A stretch of 64,000 nt of DNA from Sumerlaeia bacterium. Its GTDB lineage: Bacteria; Sumerlaeota; Sumerlaeia; SLMS01; JAHLLQ01. This document shows positions 45,831 to 57,364 of this stretch, in pieces (the first letter of the stretch is position 1; every line of letters begins with the position of its first letter). Both the position numbers and the translations under genes were made by a program. The stretch covers positions 1-64,000 of the forward strand of contig JAVJSW010000068.1 of the NCBI GenBank assembly GCA_040219255.1, in the 5' to 3' direction. Below the pieces are notes generated by a model. That model was not told where the DNA came from, made no database searches, and saw only the letters and a program-made list of their open reading frames with translations.

Positions 45831-46979
45831 ATGAACAAGACCCTTTTCACCCTCGCCCTGGCCACCGGCCTTGGCGCAACCGCCGCCATGGCGCAAACCG
45901 TCACCGAACTGACCACCGAAGCCGAAATCAACGTCGTCCTCGGCGGCTCCGATGATTTCCGCCCCAGCGGCTCGGCCGTCAGCGCCGTTGGCGAAGTGTT
46001 CTTCATCAACCGCGGACCCGCCAACGAAGTCCTGATGCGCTACACGCCCGGGTCAGACACCCTGGAAGTCATCGCCGACGCCGACGCCATGTTCGCCGCC
46101 ATCGACGCCGTGAACACGGACAACGGCGCCACCGCCTTCAACCCCCGCCAGCTCGAAATCGCCGCCGACGGCGACCTCATCGTCCTCGGCTTCGCCTCCG
46201 GCGCCACCGCCGACGCCGTGGTCTCGGTCTCCAACTCGACCAGCCCAACCATCACCGTAGTTTACGCCCCCGTGGGCGCGGCCACCGATTCCGTGCTCGA
46301 CGGCAGCAACGGCCTCACCGTGCTCGGCAACACCGCTTATGTGACGGTGGATCAGGCGAACGGTTCGGAAAACGCCGTCTTCTCCATCGACACCAACACA
46401 GCCCTCGCCACGCCGAACAAGATCGTCGCCGGCACCGACATGGCCACGCTCTTCCCCGCTATCACCGACACCGCCGGCAATCTGGCCATCAACGACCTGA
46501 CCACCGACGGCACCGATCTGCTGGGCATCGTCAGCAACACCGCCGACGCCCCCGACGCGATCGTCCGCATCACCACCGCGGGCGTGATTTCCGAGGAAGT
46601 TCCGGCCAGTGAAGTCATCGCCGACCTCGCCGCCATCGACGCGTCCGTAACCGACGTGGGCTACGGCGCGATCACCCTCGATGGCACGGGCCGCGTGGTT
46701 CTGGCCAATGGGTTCGGCGATGGTTCCTTCGACGAAGGCTTCCTGTTCGTGGACATCTCTGGCGCCACCTCCTCCACCACCGGCCTCACCGGCGATGAAC
46801 TCGCCGCGTTGATCGGGCTGACGTCGCCGGACTTGCCGCTCGTGCGCTCGGACACCATCTCCTACGACAACACCAACATGCGGCTTATCTTCGGCCATGA
46901 CGCCACCGGCTTCGAAGGCATGTACGCCCTCGAAAGCGTCAACACCGCCGACGTCGAAGGCTGGGACCTCTACAACTAA
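45831..46979 (+). CDS. Secreted acidic beta-rich protein of unknown function
   Basis: GGAGG RBS; signal peptide ending AMA; Thr/Asp/Ala-rich; ends TADVEGWDLYN. Confidence 0.85.
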   Translation: MNKTLFTLALATGLGATAAMAQTVTELTTEAEINVVLGGSDDFRPSGSAVSAVGEVFFINRGPANEVLMRYTPGSDTLEVIADADAMFAAIDAVNTDNGATAFNPRQLEIAADGDLIVLGFASGATADAVVSVSNSTSPTITVVYAPVGAATDSVLDGSNGLTVLGNTAYVTVDQANGSENAVFSIDTNTALATPNKIVAGTDMATLFPAITDTAGNLAINDLTTDGTDLLGIVSNTADAPDAIVRITTAGVISEEVPASEVIADLAAIDASVTDVGYGAITLDGTGRVVLANGFGDGSFDEGFLFVDISGATSSTTGLTGDELAALIGLTSPDLPLVRSDTISYDNTNMRLIFGHDATGFEGMYALESVNTADVEGWDLYN

Positions 46980-47019
46980 GACATTCCCCCACCACATCTT
47001 TCCGCAACGGAAAGGGGAC

Positions 47020-47068
47020 AAAGGGTCCGGGGCAGACCGTTCGCGGTTTGTCCCGGCTCTTTATTTTG
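47020..47068 (+). terminator. Intrinsic terminator
   Basis: CCGGGGCAGACCG-TTCG-CGGTTTGTCCCGG stem followed by CTCTTTATTTT. Confidence 0.75.
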
Positions 47069-47154
47069 AAAGCGAATTGTCAGCCTTGCGGACGACGGAG
47101 CTGGCGTGTTTTTTGTCAATGACAATTCCTCGCCGCGAGGTGCCCAACGCTCCC

Positions 47155-48210
47155 ATGCTCCGACGCTCCCTTCTTCTCCTTCTCCTGCTGGCCGCCAGCG
47201 CCTTCTCACCCGCCCTGGCCAAGCGCACCAGCGACACCCTGACCTGGACCGATGCCCGCGAACTGACCCTGGAAGGCATGGGCTGGGACGATCCCGACAC
47301 GCCCTTTTCCCGCCTCCCCACCCGCGCCAAGGACGATGTCACCACGTCGGTCTGGTGGCTGTCGCACCACAGCGCCGGCGTCGCGGTCCGCTTCCTGAGC
47401 GACAGCCCGGAAATCTGGGCCGATTGGGACGGCGGCGGCGCCATGGTCCACATGCCCCGCACCGGCGTCAGCGGCCTCGACCTCTACCACCGCGGCGCGG
47501 ACGAGGAGTGGAAGTGGGTCGCCCTGGGCAAACCGGACACGACGCGGACGACCAAGAAACTCTCCAACGCTCCCACCACCGGCACCCTTGAGTACCTGCT
47601 CTTCCTGCCGCTCTACGAGTCCACCGACACCATGCGCATCGGCACCGTACCCGGCAGCACCATCACCCCCGCCCCGCCGCGCCAGGACCCGCCGCTCGTT
47701 TTCTACGGCACGTCGATCACCCAGGGCGGCTGCGCGTCCCGCCCCGGCATGGCGCATGTGGCGATCCTGGGGCGCTGGCTCGACCGCGAGACCATCAACC
47801 TCGGCTTCTCCGGCTCGGGCCAGATGGAAATAGCCATCGCCGAATTGCTCGGCGAAATCGACGCGTCGGTTTACGCACTCGAGGCCCTGCCCAACATGAC
47901 CGACACTCTGGTGGCCGAGCGCGTCGCGCCCTTTGTCCGCCGCCTGCGCGAGCTGCGCCCCGATACCCCGATCCTCCTCATCGAGCACTGCCTCTTTCCC
48001 ACGGACCACCCGCGCAACGTCCTTTACCGCAGCATTTACAACGATCTGCGCGCCGAGGGCATCATGGACCTGCACTACCTGGCCAACACCGGGTTCCTGG
48101 AAGGCCGCGAGGAGGCGACCGTCGATGGCATCCACCCGACGGACCTGGGCTTTTTCTGGATGGCCGAGGCGTATGAGGCGCCGCTGCGGTCGCTGCTGGC
48201 GATTCCGTGA
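47155..48210 (+). CDS. SGNH/GDSL hydrolase with N-terminal GxDLY domain, exported
   Basis: Signal peptide; SGLDLY; YGTSITQG, NLGFSGSG, DGIHPTDLG. Confidence 0.92.
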   Translation: MLRRSLLLLLLLAASAFSPALAKRTSDTLTWTDARELTLEGMGWDDPDTPFSRLPTRAKDDVTTSVWWLSHHSAGVAVRFLSDSPEIWADWDGGGAMVHMPRTGVSGLDLYHRGADEEWKWVALGKPDTTRTTKKLSNAPTTGTLEYLLFLPLYESTDTMRIGTVPGSTITPAPPRQDPPLVFYGTSITQGGCASRPGMAHVAILGRWLDRETINLGFSGSGQMEIAIAELLGEIDASVYALEALPNMTDTLVAERVAPFVRRLRELRPDTPILLIEHCLFPTDHPRNVLYRSIYNDLRAEGIMDLHYLANTGFLEGREEATVDGIHPTDLGFFWMAEAYEAPLRSLLAIP

Positions 48211-48216
48211 GGCACC

Positions 48217-50466
48217 CTACTTTTTCTTTCCCCGCAGCGCATTCGTGAACCAGTTCCCGCCGCCTTCCTTCTTGGCCGGTTTGGGGTCTTCGCGGTGGGC
48301 GGGCGCTCCACCGCCGCGCTGAGGGGGCGCCGAGGGATTGGCCTTCATCGAAAGGGCGATCCGTTTGCGCGGGATGTCCACTTCCATCACGGTGACATGG
48401 ACTTTCTGGCGGACTTTCACCACGTCGCCGGGGTCCTTGACGAAGTGATCGGCCAGTTGGCTGACGTGGACCAAGCCGTCCTGGTGCACGCCTAAATCGA
48501 CGAAAGCCCCGAACTTCGTAACGTTCGTCACAATCCCCGGCAGCTTCATCCCGACCTTCAGGTCCTTGATGTCGTGCACGGATTCGTCGAAAGCGAAGGC
48601 CTCGAAGGCGGCGCGCGGATCGCGGCCCGGTTTGGCCAGCTCCTCCAGGATGTCCTCGAGCGTCGGTAACCCGACCTTGTCCGTCACATAGCGCTTCAAA
48701 TCGATCCCCGCCCGACGCTTCGGATCGGTCATCAGATCCGCCACGGAACACCCCGCGTCCTTGGCCATTTGCTGGACGATGGGGTAGCTCTCCGGGTGGA
48801 CGGCGGACGCATCGAGCGGGTTCTTGGCCCCGCGAACGCGCAGGAACCCGGCGCTCTGCTCGAAGGCCTTCGGCCCCAGCCGCTTGACCTTTTTCAGCTC
48901 GGCGCGGCTCGTGAAGGCTCCATTCTCGTTGCGGTATTCCACGATGTTTTTCGCCAGCGTCGGCCCCAGCCCCGACACGTAGGTCAGCAGTTCCTTGCTC
49001 GCCGTGTTGACCTCGACGCCGACGCCGTTCACGCAGCTCATCACCGTGTCGTCGAGCGACCGCCGCAGCGCCGGCTGATCGACATCGTGTTGGTATTGCC
49101 CGACCCCGATGGATTTCGGGTCGATTTTCACCAGTTCCGCCAGCGGGTCCATCAGGCGCCGGCCAATGCTGACGGCGCCGCGCACCGTGACGTCCTTCTG
49201 CGGAAACTCTTCCCGGGCCACGTCCGACGCCGAGTAAATCGACGCTCCCGCTTCGTCCACCATCATCACTGTCTGTGGCAGCCCAAGCCCCCGCACGAAC
49301 GTTTCCGTCTCGCGGCTCGCCGTGCCATTGCCGATGGCAATGGCGTCCAGCTTGTGCTTCTGGCACAGGTCGCGCAACACGCGGCCCGCCTCCTCCTGCT
49401 TCCGGCCCTCGCCCAGTGTCGGGTAGATCACCGTGTCGTCGAGCAGCTTGCCCTGCGCATCCAGCACGACAACCTTGCAGCCGGTGCGGAAACCGGGGTC
49501 GATGGCCAGAACGCGCTTCTGGCCCAGCGGCGGCGCCAGCAGCAGTTCCCGCAGATTCGACACGAACACGCGGATCGCCTCTTCATCCGCGCGTTTCTTG
49601 AGTTCCGTGCGCATTTCGTTTTCCATCGAAGGCGCCAGCAGCCGCTTGAACCCATCCTTCACCGCCAGGGAAACCTGCTCCGACGCCGGACCCCGGCCCG
49701 ACACGAACTGCCGCGCCAGCGCCTGCTCCGCCTCGGCCTCCGGCGGCGTCACGGCCAGCTTCAGCACGCCCTCGTTCTCGCCCCGGAACATCGCCAGCAA
49801 CCGGTGAGACGGCGCCTTGTCCAGCGGCTCGCTCCATTCGAAGTAATCGCGGAACTTGGCGCCTTCCTCTTCCTTGCCCTTCGCCACCGTGCTGCCCAGG
49901 GTCGCCTTCGTGCGATAGAGGCCGCGCATACGCTCGCGTGCCGTTTTGTCCTCGGCCACGCGCTCGGCGATGATGTCGCGGGCCCCGGCCAGGGCGTCCT
50001 CCACCGAGGCCACGTCCTTCTCCGCGCTCACGAACTTCACCGCGAGGGCCTCTACTTTCCCTCCGCCATCCTGCGCCAGGAGCGCGTCGGCCAGCGGTTC
50101 CAGCCCCTTCTCGCGAGCGATCGTCGCCCGCGTCCGGCGCTTCGGCCGATAGGGAAGGTAAATGTCCTCCAGCTCCGTCAGCGACCGCGCCGCCTCCACC
50201 TTGGCCCGCAACTCCGGCGTCAAGAGGTCCCGCTCCTCCAGCGAAGCCAGGATCGCCTCGCGCCGCTTGTCCAGCTCCGCCAACTGCTCCAGTCGGTCGC
50301 GAATCGCCGTGATCGCCACCTCGTCCAGAAGGCCCGTCGCTTCCTTGCGGTACCGCGCGATAAACGGCACCGTGCCGCCCTCCGCCAGCAACCCTGCCGT
50401 CGCCGCCACCTGCTCGGTGCGAATGCCGAGTTCCTTGGCGATCAGTTGGTGGTACGTGTGCGACAT
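48217..50466 (-). CDS. tex: Tex family RNA-binding transcription accessory protein
   Basis: TVPFIARYRKE, DPGFRTGCK, EAGASIYSAS, IGVGQYQHD, C-terminal S1 domain. Confidence 0.97.
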   Translation of the reverse strand: MSHTYHQLIAKELGIRTEQVAATAGLLAEGGTVPFIARYRKEATGLLDEVAITAIRDRLEQLAELDKRREAILASLEERDLLTPELRAKVEAARSLTELEDIYLPYRPKRRTRATIAREKGLEPLADALLAQDGGGKVEALAVKFVSAEKDVASVEDALAGARDIIAERVAEDKTARERMRGLYRTKATLGSTVAKGKEEEGAKFRDYFEWSEPLDKAPSHRLLAMFRGENEGVLKLAVTPPEAEAEQALARQFVSGRGPASEQVSLAVKDGFKRLLAPSMENEMRTELKKRADEEAIRVFVSNLRELLLAPPLGQKRVLAIDPGFRTGCKVVVLDAQGKLLDDTVIYPTLGEGRKQEEAGRVLRDLCQKHKLDAIAIGNGTASRETETFVRGLGLPQTVMMVDEAGASIYSASDVAREEFPQKDVTVRGAVSIGRRLMDPLAELVKIDPKSIGVGQYQHDVDQPALRRSLDDTVMSCVNGVGVEVNTASKELLTYVSGLGPTLAKNIVEYRNENGAFTSRAELKKVKRLGPKAFEQSAGFLRVRGAKNPLDASAVHPESYPIVQQMAKDAGCSVADLMTDPKRRAGIDLKRYVTDKVGLPTLEDILEELAKPGRDPRAAFEAFAFDESVHDIKDLKVGMKLPGIVTNVTKFGAFVDLGVHQDGLVHVSQLADHFVKDPGDVVKVRQKVHVTVMEVDIPRKRIALSMKANPSAPPQRGGGAPAHREDPKPAKKEGGGNWFTNALRGKKK

Positions 50467-50605
50467 GGGCGTGGCCTCTTCCGGGAGCGTTCGATGCGGC
50501 GGCGGGGCATCGGAAACCCCCTCCGCCAAAGCCACCATTATCCGGCGCCCGGGGAGGGGGTGGTCAAATGGGATCGGGAGTGACGGGTGGGACGCCGCCC
50601 TTCTT

Positions 50606-50644
50606 TACCACAGAGGACTCAGAGGACAGAGGTTGCACAGAGAG
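50606..50644 (+). repeat. Dispersed repeat, type A, copy 5
   Basis: TACCACAGAGGACTCAGAGGACAGAGGTTGCACAGAGAG. Confidence 0.88.
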
Positions 50645-50659
50645 TAAGGGGAACAGGGG

Positions 50660-50890
50660 CTACTCCGCTACGGGTGGTCCGCTCTCGGCTGAAATCCGCC
50701 GCATTCCCTCGATCAGTTCTTCCACCGGACGATCCGCGAAGATTTCGCGGCGCTCCTCGGTCCAGTTGCCCAAACCGAGTCCGAGTTGCCGGAGAAACCG
50801 AGCCCTGCCAACGATACCCAGCTCTCGCGAGAGGAGTTCGAGGCCCGTCTGGACGATTTCGTTGGGAGACATGTCTCTTGTTTGAATCAT
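50660..50890 (-). CDS. Small antitoxin-like hypothetical protein
   Basis: GGAG RBS; GLELLSRELG..G.ARFLRQ...G.GNWT.ER resembles small partners of PIN-domain toxins. Confidence 0.65.
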   Translation of the reverse strand: MIQTRDMSPNEIVQTGLELLSRELGIVGRARFLRQLGLGLGNWTEERREIFADRPVEELIEGMRRISAESGPPVAE

Positions 50891-50935
50891 CGGTGCTATC
50901 TCCAGAGACACCTGCAAGAGTGGGGACAGGGCGCC

Positions 50936-51199
50936 TTATTCACTTTGATGGCCAATCGACTCAAGGAGACGAGGGATGCTCAAGTCCTCGTCGATCAACG
51001 GCCAATGGATTCCATAGCCTCCCGGAGACAATTCCATCGCGGCACGCTCGGCATCCGAAGCGCTAGCCAAACGAGTGGAACACTCGGCCCAGGGAATGGA
51101 AACGGAGGCACCGTCTTTGAGATGCAATTCAAGGCAGTTGGCCGTGGCCGAGCAATTGGCTGCGAGGCTTGTGGGGGAAAGGCTGGCATTAGTCTTCAT
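50936..51199 (-). CDS. DUF2442 family protein
   Basis: L.DG...SIP.....RL..AS..ER..ELS..GYGIHWP.IDEDLS. Confidence 0.88.
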   Translation of the reverse strand: MKTNASLSPTSLAANCSATANCLELHLKDGASVSIPWAECSTRLASASDAERAAMELSPGGYGIHWPLIDEDLSIPRLLESIGHQSE

Positions 51200-51443
51200 T
51201 GCCGAAGTACTCCTCCCAAGTTGTCACAATCAAATCAAAATGGTCGAAAAGAATTTTGCGAATCTCACGCCTCAATCTGAGCGTGAGATTGTGAGAGTAT
51301 TCTTCCGCCAGATCGTACTCGTCAACCAAGACCCAGAATTTGCACTCTGCGTCCCCTTTGCGTGCATGAACAGGGACGGGCTCATTTCCTTCGTTGCTGT
51401 AGAAGAAGACACGCCATCCAAGTAGAGTGAGGACTGTGGGCAT
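51189..51443 (-). CDS. DUF4160 family protein
   Basis: GAGG RBS; MPTVL...GWR.FFYSNE..EP..VH..KG..ECKFW...W.EYF. Confidence 0.88.
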   Translation of the reverse strand: MPTVLTLLGWRVFFYSNEGNEPVPVHARKGDAECKFWVLVDEYDLAEEYSHNLTLRLRREIRKILFDHFDLIVTTWEEYFGNED

Positions 51444-51465
51444 TGTCTTACACCTCGCCCACAAC

Positions 51466-54050
<2,585 letters not shown>

Positions 54051-54259
54051 GGACTGCTCCTGGGCTGGATTTCTCTGAGCGAAATAAAAGCAAATCACCC
54101 CCTTGGCAGTCAAGCCCGAATTCGCTAAGGTTTCGCATCTTCTTCGCGGAGGCCCAACTCCCATGCCCGGCACCTACATCACCCCCCCGAGACTCTTGTC
54201 ACTTCAAGCGCCGATTTCGGCTTCCGCCCGCCCCGCGCCCTGCGCTAACCCCTCATCCC

Positions 54260-55432
54260 ATGCTGTCCTCGCTCCCCGCACCACTCTTCTTCGCGCTCAA
54301 CGCCTTTCTGGCCAGCGTCGCCTTGTGCGGGGCGTTCGTCTGGTTCTACAACCGGGCGCTCTGCCGCATGCACGAGAGCCTCATCAAGAAAGTCATGGCC
54401 CTCGTGCTCTTGCCCGGCGGGTGTTTGCTGGGGCTTTGGGTGGGGTGGATTCTTACCCGTGATCAAGCCACCACCGCCGCCGACCCTTGCGATTGTCCCT
54501 GGCTGGGGTACTTGCCAACTTGGGGAGCCTTCATCTGCCTTGCCTACGGAATAACCGGATTCCAGAAGTGGCGCCTCGCCCGCCCCTCCACCCTCGAACG
54601 CCTCCCGCCCTTCGAGCCCGGTATCAACTGGGCCGCCATGACGGGCTGGCGCGGGGTGTTGCTCAGGATTCTGGCGCCCATCAATGGCGTCACCCGGTTG
54701 CGGATTCATCGGCGCGAGCTGTGGATCGAGGACTTGCCCGCCGCCTTCGACGGCTACAAGATCGTCCACGTCACCGATTTCCACATCCACAAGACCCTGA
54801 CCTTCGACTGGTTCGACTACGTGGTTGATCGGGCCAACGGCGAGGCCCCGGATCTGATGCTCTATGGCGGCGATTTCATCAGCAAACCGCCCCACATCCC
54901 CGACATTCCCCGCGTCATGAGCCGCCTCTCGGCCCCCGACGGCGTGTGGTTTGTGCGCGGGAATCATGACTTCTGGCGCAGCCCCCACCGCATCACGCGC
55001 CTGGCGCGAGAGTCGGGCATGCGGCTCCTCGACAACCGCGCCGTCACCATCGCGCGCGGCGCCCAGGCCATCGCCCTCATAGGGATCGAAGATCCCTATG
55101 TTCGATTGAGACCGGAAGACTTACGCGAATTGTCCAGAGGCCTGCCGCCCGTCCGCATCGGCATGGTCCACGCCCCCGACGCCTTCGTCCAAGCCGAGGC
55201 TCTCGGGTGCCAGGTTGCCATCGCCGGCCACACCCACGGCGGTCAAATCCGCCTGCCATTCTTTGGCACCACCATCAGCAGCACCGCCGCCGGATCGCTC
55301 GTCGCCAGCGGCCCCGGCCGCGTCGGCGACATGCTCACCATCACCAGCAACGGCGCCGGGGCCTTCATGCCTCTCCGGGTGCTGTGTCCGCCGGAGATGG
55401 TGGTGCTGACGCTGAGGCGGGGGCGCGAGTAG
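54260..55432 (+). CDS. Membrane-anchored metallophosphoesterase (YkuE-like)
   Basis: Three TM helices; TDFH, GGDF, GNHD, GHTHGGQ. Confidence 0.92.
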   Translation: MLSSLPAPLFFALNAFLASVALCGAFVWFYNRALCRMHESLIKKVMALVLLPGGCLLGLWVGWILTRDQATTAADPCDCPWLGYLPTWGAFICLAYGITGFQKWRLARPSTLERLPPFEPGINWAAMTGWRGVLLRILAPINGVTRLRIHRRELWIEDLPAAFDGYKIVHVTDFHIHKTLTFDWFDYVVDRANGEAPDLMLYGGDFISKPPHIPDIPRVMSRLSAPDGVWFVRGNHDFWRSPHRITRLARESGMRLLDNRAVTIARGAQAIALIGIEDPYVRLRPEDLRELSRGLPPVRIGMVHAPDAFVQAEALGCQVAIAGHTHGGQIRLPFFGTTISSTAAGSLVASGPGRVGDMLTITSNGAGAFMPLRVLCPPEMVVLTLRRGRE

Positions 55433-55721
55433 AGGCGCCCCTCCGGCACCACAAGCCCAGCCCCAGCCCCGTCCCGATGCCCAGGCCCAGAACGATCAGG
55501 GCGCTCCACACGCTGGCGAAGCCGACCAGGGCGAGAACCAGATTATGGACGCCCCAGAGCAGCAGCAGGAGCGGCCCGGACAGGCCGAGGACAATAATCT
55601 CACGGCGGGCCAACTGTTTCGCGAGCCACCGCCTTCCCAGCTTCGCCGCCATCGGCGTCACCACCGCCATCACGGCCAGGCCAATCGTCAGAAAAGTGGT
55701 GTTCAACAAAATCGACAGCAC
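55365..55721 (-). CDS. Small membrane protein
   Basis: GTG start just after the upstream stop; three hydrophobic segments; 3' end overlaps the convergent gene. Confidence 0.6.
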   Translation of the reverse strand: MLSILLNTTFLTIGLAVMAVVTPMAAKLGRRWLAKQLARREIIVLGLSGPLLLLLWGVHNLVLALVGFASVWSALIVLGLGIGTGLGLGLWCRRGASTRAPASASAPPSPADTAPGEA

Positions 55722-55727
55722 GCGGTC

Positions 55728-56030
55728 CTAGTCCCAATACTTGCGATGAAAAAGCCGCTCGCCCAGCAGCGTCCAATTCGACGGCTGAAAACGCGGCGAA
55801 GGGAGTGAACTCCGCTTCTGTAAGAGACCCAAGCCAATTCCTTCGAACGTCGGCAGATTGACCCACTGGTAGCGGTCGCGCGCTTTCTCACCCAATTCCT
55901 GCATCAGAAACCGGGGCCCCCGCCATTTGCAGTTTTCGTCGTTCGTATCGTGCAGCAGGATCAACCCGTCCTCGCGCAGCCGCGCATCGATGGCCTCGAA
56001 GTCCGTCCAGGCACCTTCTCTCCAATAGTT
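55728..56030 (-). pseudogene. C-terminal fragment of a class I SAM methyltransferase (Methyltransf_24-like)
   Basis: EGAWTDF....LREDGLILLHDT is present, but the upstream SAM-binding and DGDH motifs are absent and there is no room for them before accA. Confidence 0.6.
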
Positions 56031-56199
56031 GTGTCGTCGAGCGGGAATCGCCACGCGGCGCGCAGCCGTTTTATCAGATGGGGGCGGTGTCATTTCCCTG
56101 AATCCCCTTGGCCTCCTCCCCGCCCCCGCGCTACACACGCGCCATTGAATGCTCCCGAGTTGGAGCGATCCGCCTAGCCATGCCCAGAGGACGCCACCG

Positions 56200-57162
56200 A
56201 TGACCACCCAAGCCTTCGATTTCGAGCAGCCCATCGTCGATCAGGAAGAAAAGCTCAAAGAGCTGCGGGCGCGCTCGGAAGACGGCGACGAACAGGCCCG
56301 CGCGGACCTCGAAGCGGGCGAGGCGGAGTTGACGCGAATCAAGGAAGAGGTCTATGCGGGCCTGACCCCTTGGCAGCGCGTGCTCTTCGCGCGCCATAAG
56401 GATCGCCCCCGCGCCCCCGATTTTATCGCGGGCCTCTGCACCGAATTCATCGAACTCCACGGCGACCGCAATTTCGGCGACGATCAGGCCGTCATCACCG
56501 GCACGGCCCGTTTCCGGGGCCAGGCCGTCGCCGTCATCGGCCAGGCCAAAGGCAAGGACACGCGCGAGAACGTGACGCGCAATTTCGGCATGATGCACCC
56601 CGAGGGTTATCGCAAAGCCCTGCGTGTGATGCGTCTCGCCCACAAATTCAAGATGCCGATCCTGATTTTCGTCGATACCCCCGGCGCCTATCCGGGCCTC
56701 GGCGCCGAAGAGCGCGGCCAAGCGGAAGCCATCGCCTACAACATTCAGGAAATGATGGGCCTGGAAGTGCCCATCGTCATGACCGTCATCGGCGAAGGCG
56801 CCAGCGGCGGCGCCCTCGGCGTGGGTCTGGCGGACCGCGTGCTGATGCTGGAAAACGCCTGGTACTGCGTGATTTCGCCGGAGGGCTGCGCCGCCATTCT
56901 CTTCCGCGACGCCAGCCACGCCCCCCGCGCGGCGGAGGTCCTCAAGCTCACCGCCAGCGACCTGCTCGACCTCGGCGTCATCGACGAAATCATTCCCGAA
57001 CCCCTCGGCGGCGCCCACCGCCACCCCCAGCAAGCCTTTGCCAACGTGGGCGACGCGATCGAGAAAAACCTGAAAGACCTGGGCGCGCTGAAACTGGAGA
57101 AGCTGATCGACGAGCGCTTCGAAAAATTCCGCCGCATGGGGACCTACCGCGAGCTGGAGTGA
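56200..57162 (+). CDS. accA: Acetyl-CoA carboxylase carboxyltransferase alpha subunit
   Basis: FDFEQPI, ELHGDR, NFGM.HPEGYRKA, DTPGAYPG, GEGASGGA, VISPEGCA. Confidence 0.98.
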   Translation: MTTQAFDFEQPIVDQEEKLKELRARSEDGDEQARADLEAGEAELTRIKEEVYAGLTPWQRVLFARHKDRPRAPDFIAGLCTEFIELHGDRNFGDDQAVITGTARFRGQAVAVIGQAKGKDTRENVTRNFGMMHPEGYRKALRVMRLAHKFKMPILIFVDTPGAYPGLGAEERGQAEAIAYNIQEMMGLEVPIVMTVIGEGASGGALGVGLADRVLMLENAWYCVISPEGCAAILFRDASHAPRAAEVLKLTASDLLDLGVIDEIIPEPLGGAHRHPQQAFANVGDAIEKNLKDLGALKLEKLIDERFEKFRRMGTYRELE

Positions 57163-57364
57163 GACCCGCGGGTCAGGAACCCCCCACCGGGACTTCGCGC
57201 CCCGAAGCGACGGCCGCCTCCCCGTCTCCCCCCTGGTTCTTCGAGTATTCAGCGGGGTGGCTGGAATGCCCCCCCTCGGCGCTTGACCACCCGGCGCCGG
57301 TTTGCGCACACTCCCCGTCTCATCATTCCCCGCCCGAGGATCGAGCATCACCGTGACCGCCACC

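Noticed and set aside
10436-50644. CRISPR array from the ~38-bp repeats
   Set aside because: Copies are kilobases apart, in both orientations, without regular spacers or cas genes.
50650-51460. Integron cassette array
   Set aside because: No RYYYAAC...GTTRRRY attC sites and no integrase seen.
57165-57300. SRP RNA or T-box upstream of gatB
   Set aside because: GTCAGG is present but the GGAAGGAAGCAGC domain IV and the T-box GGTGGNACC consensus are absent.
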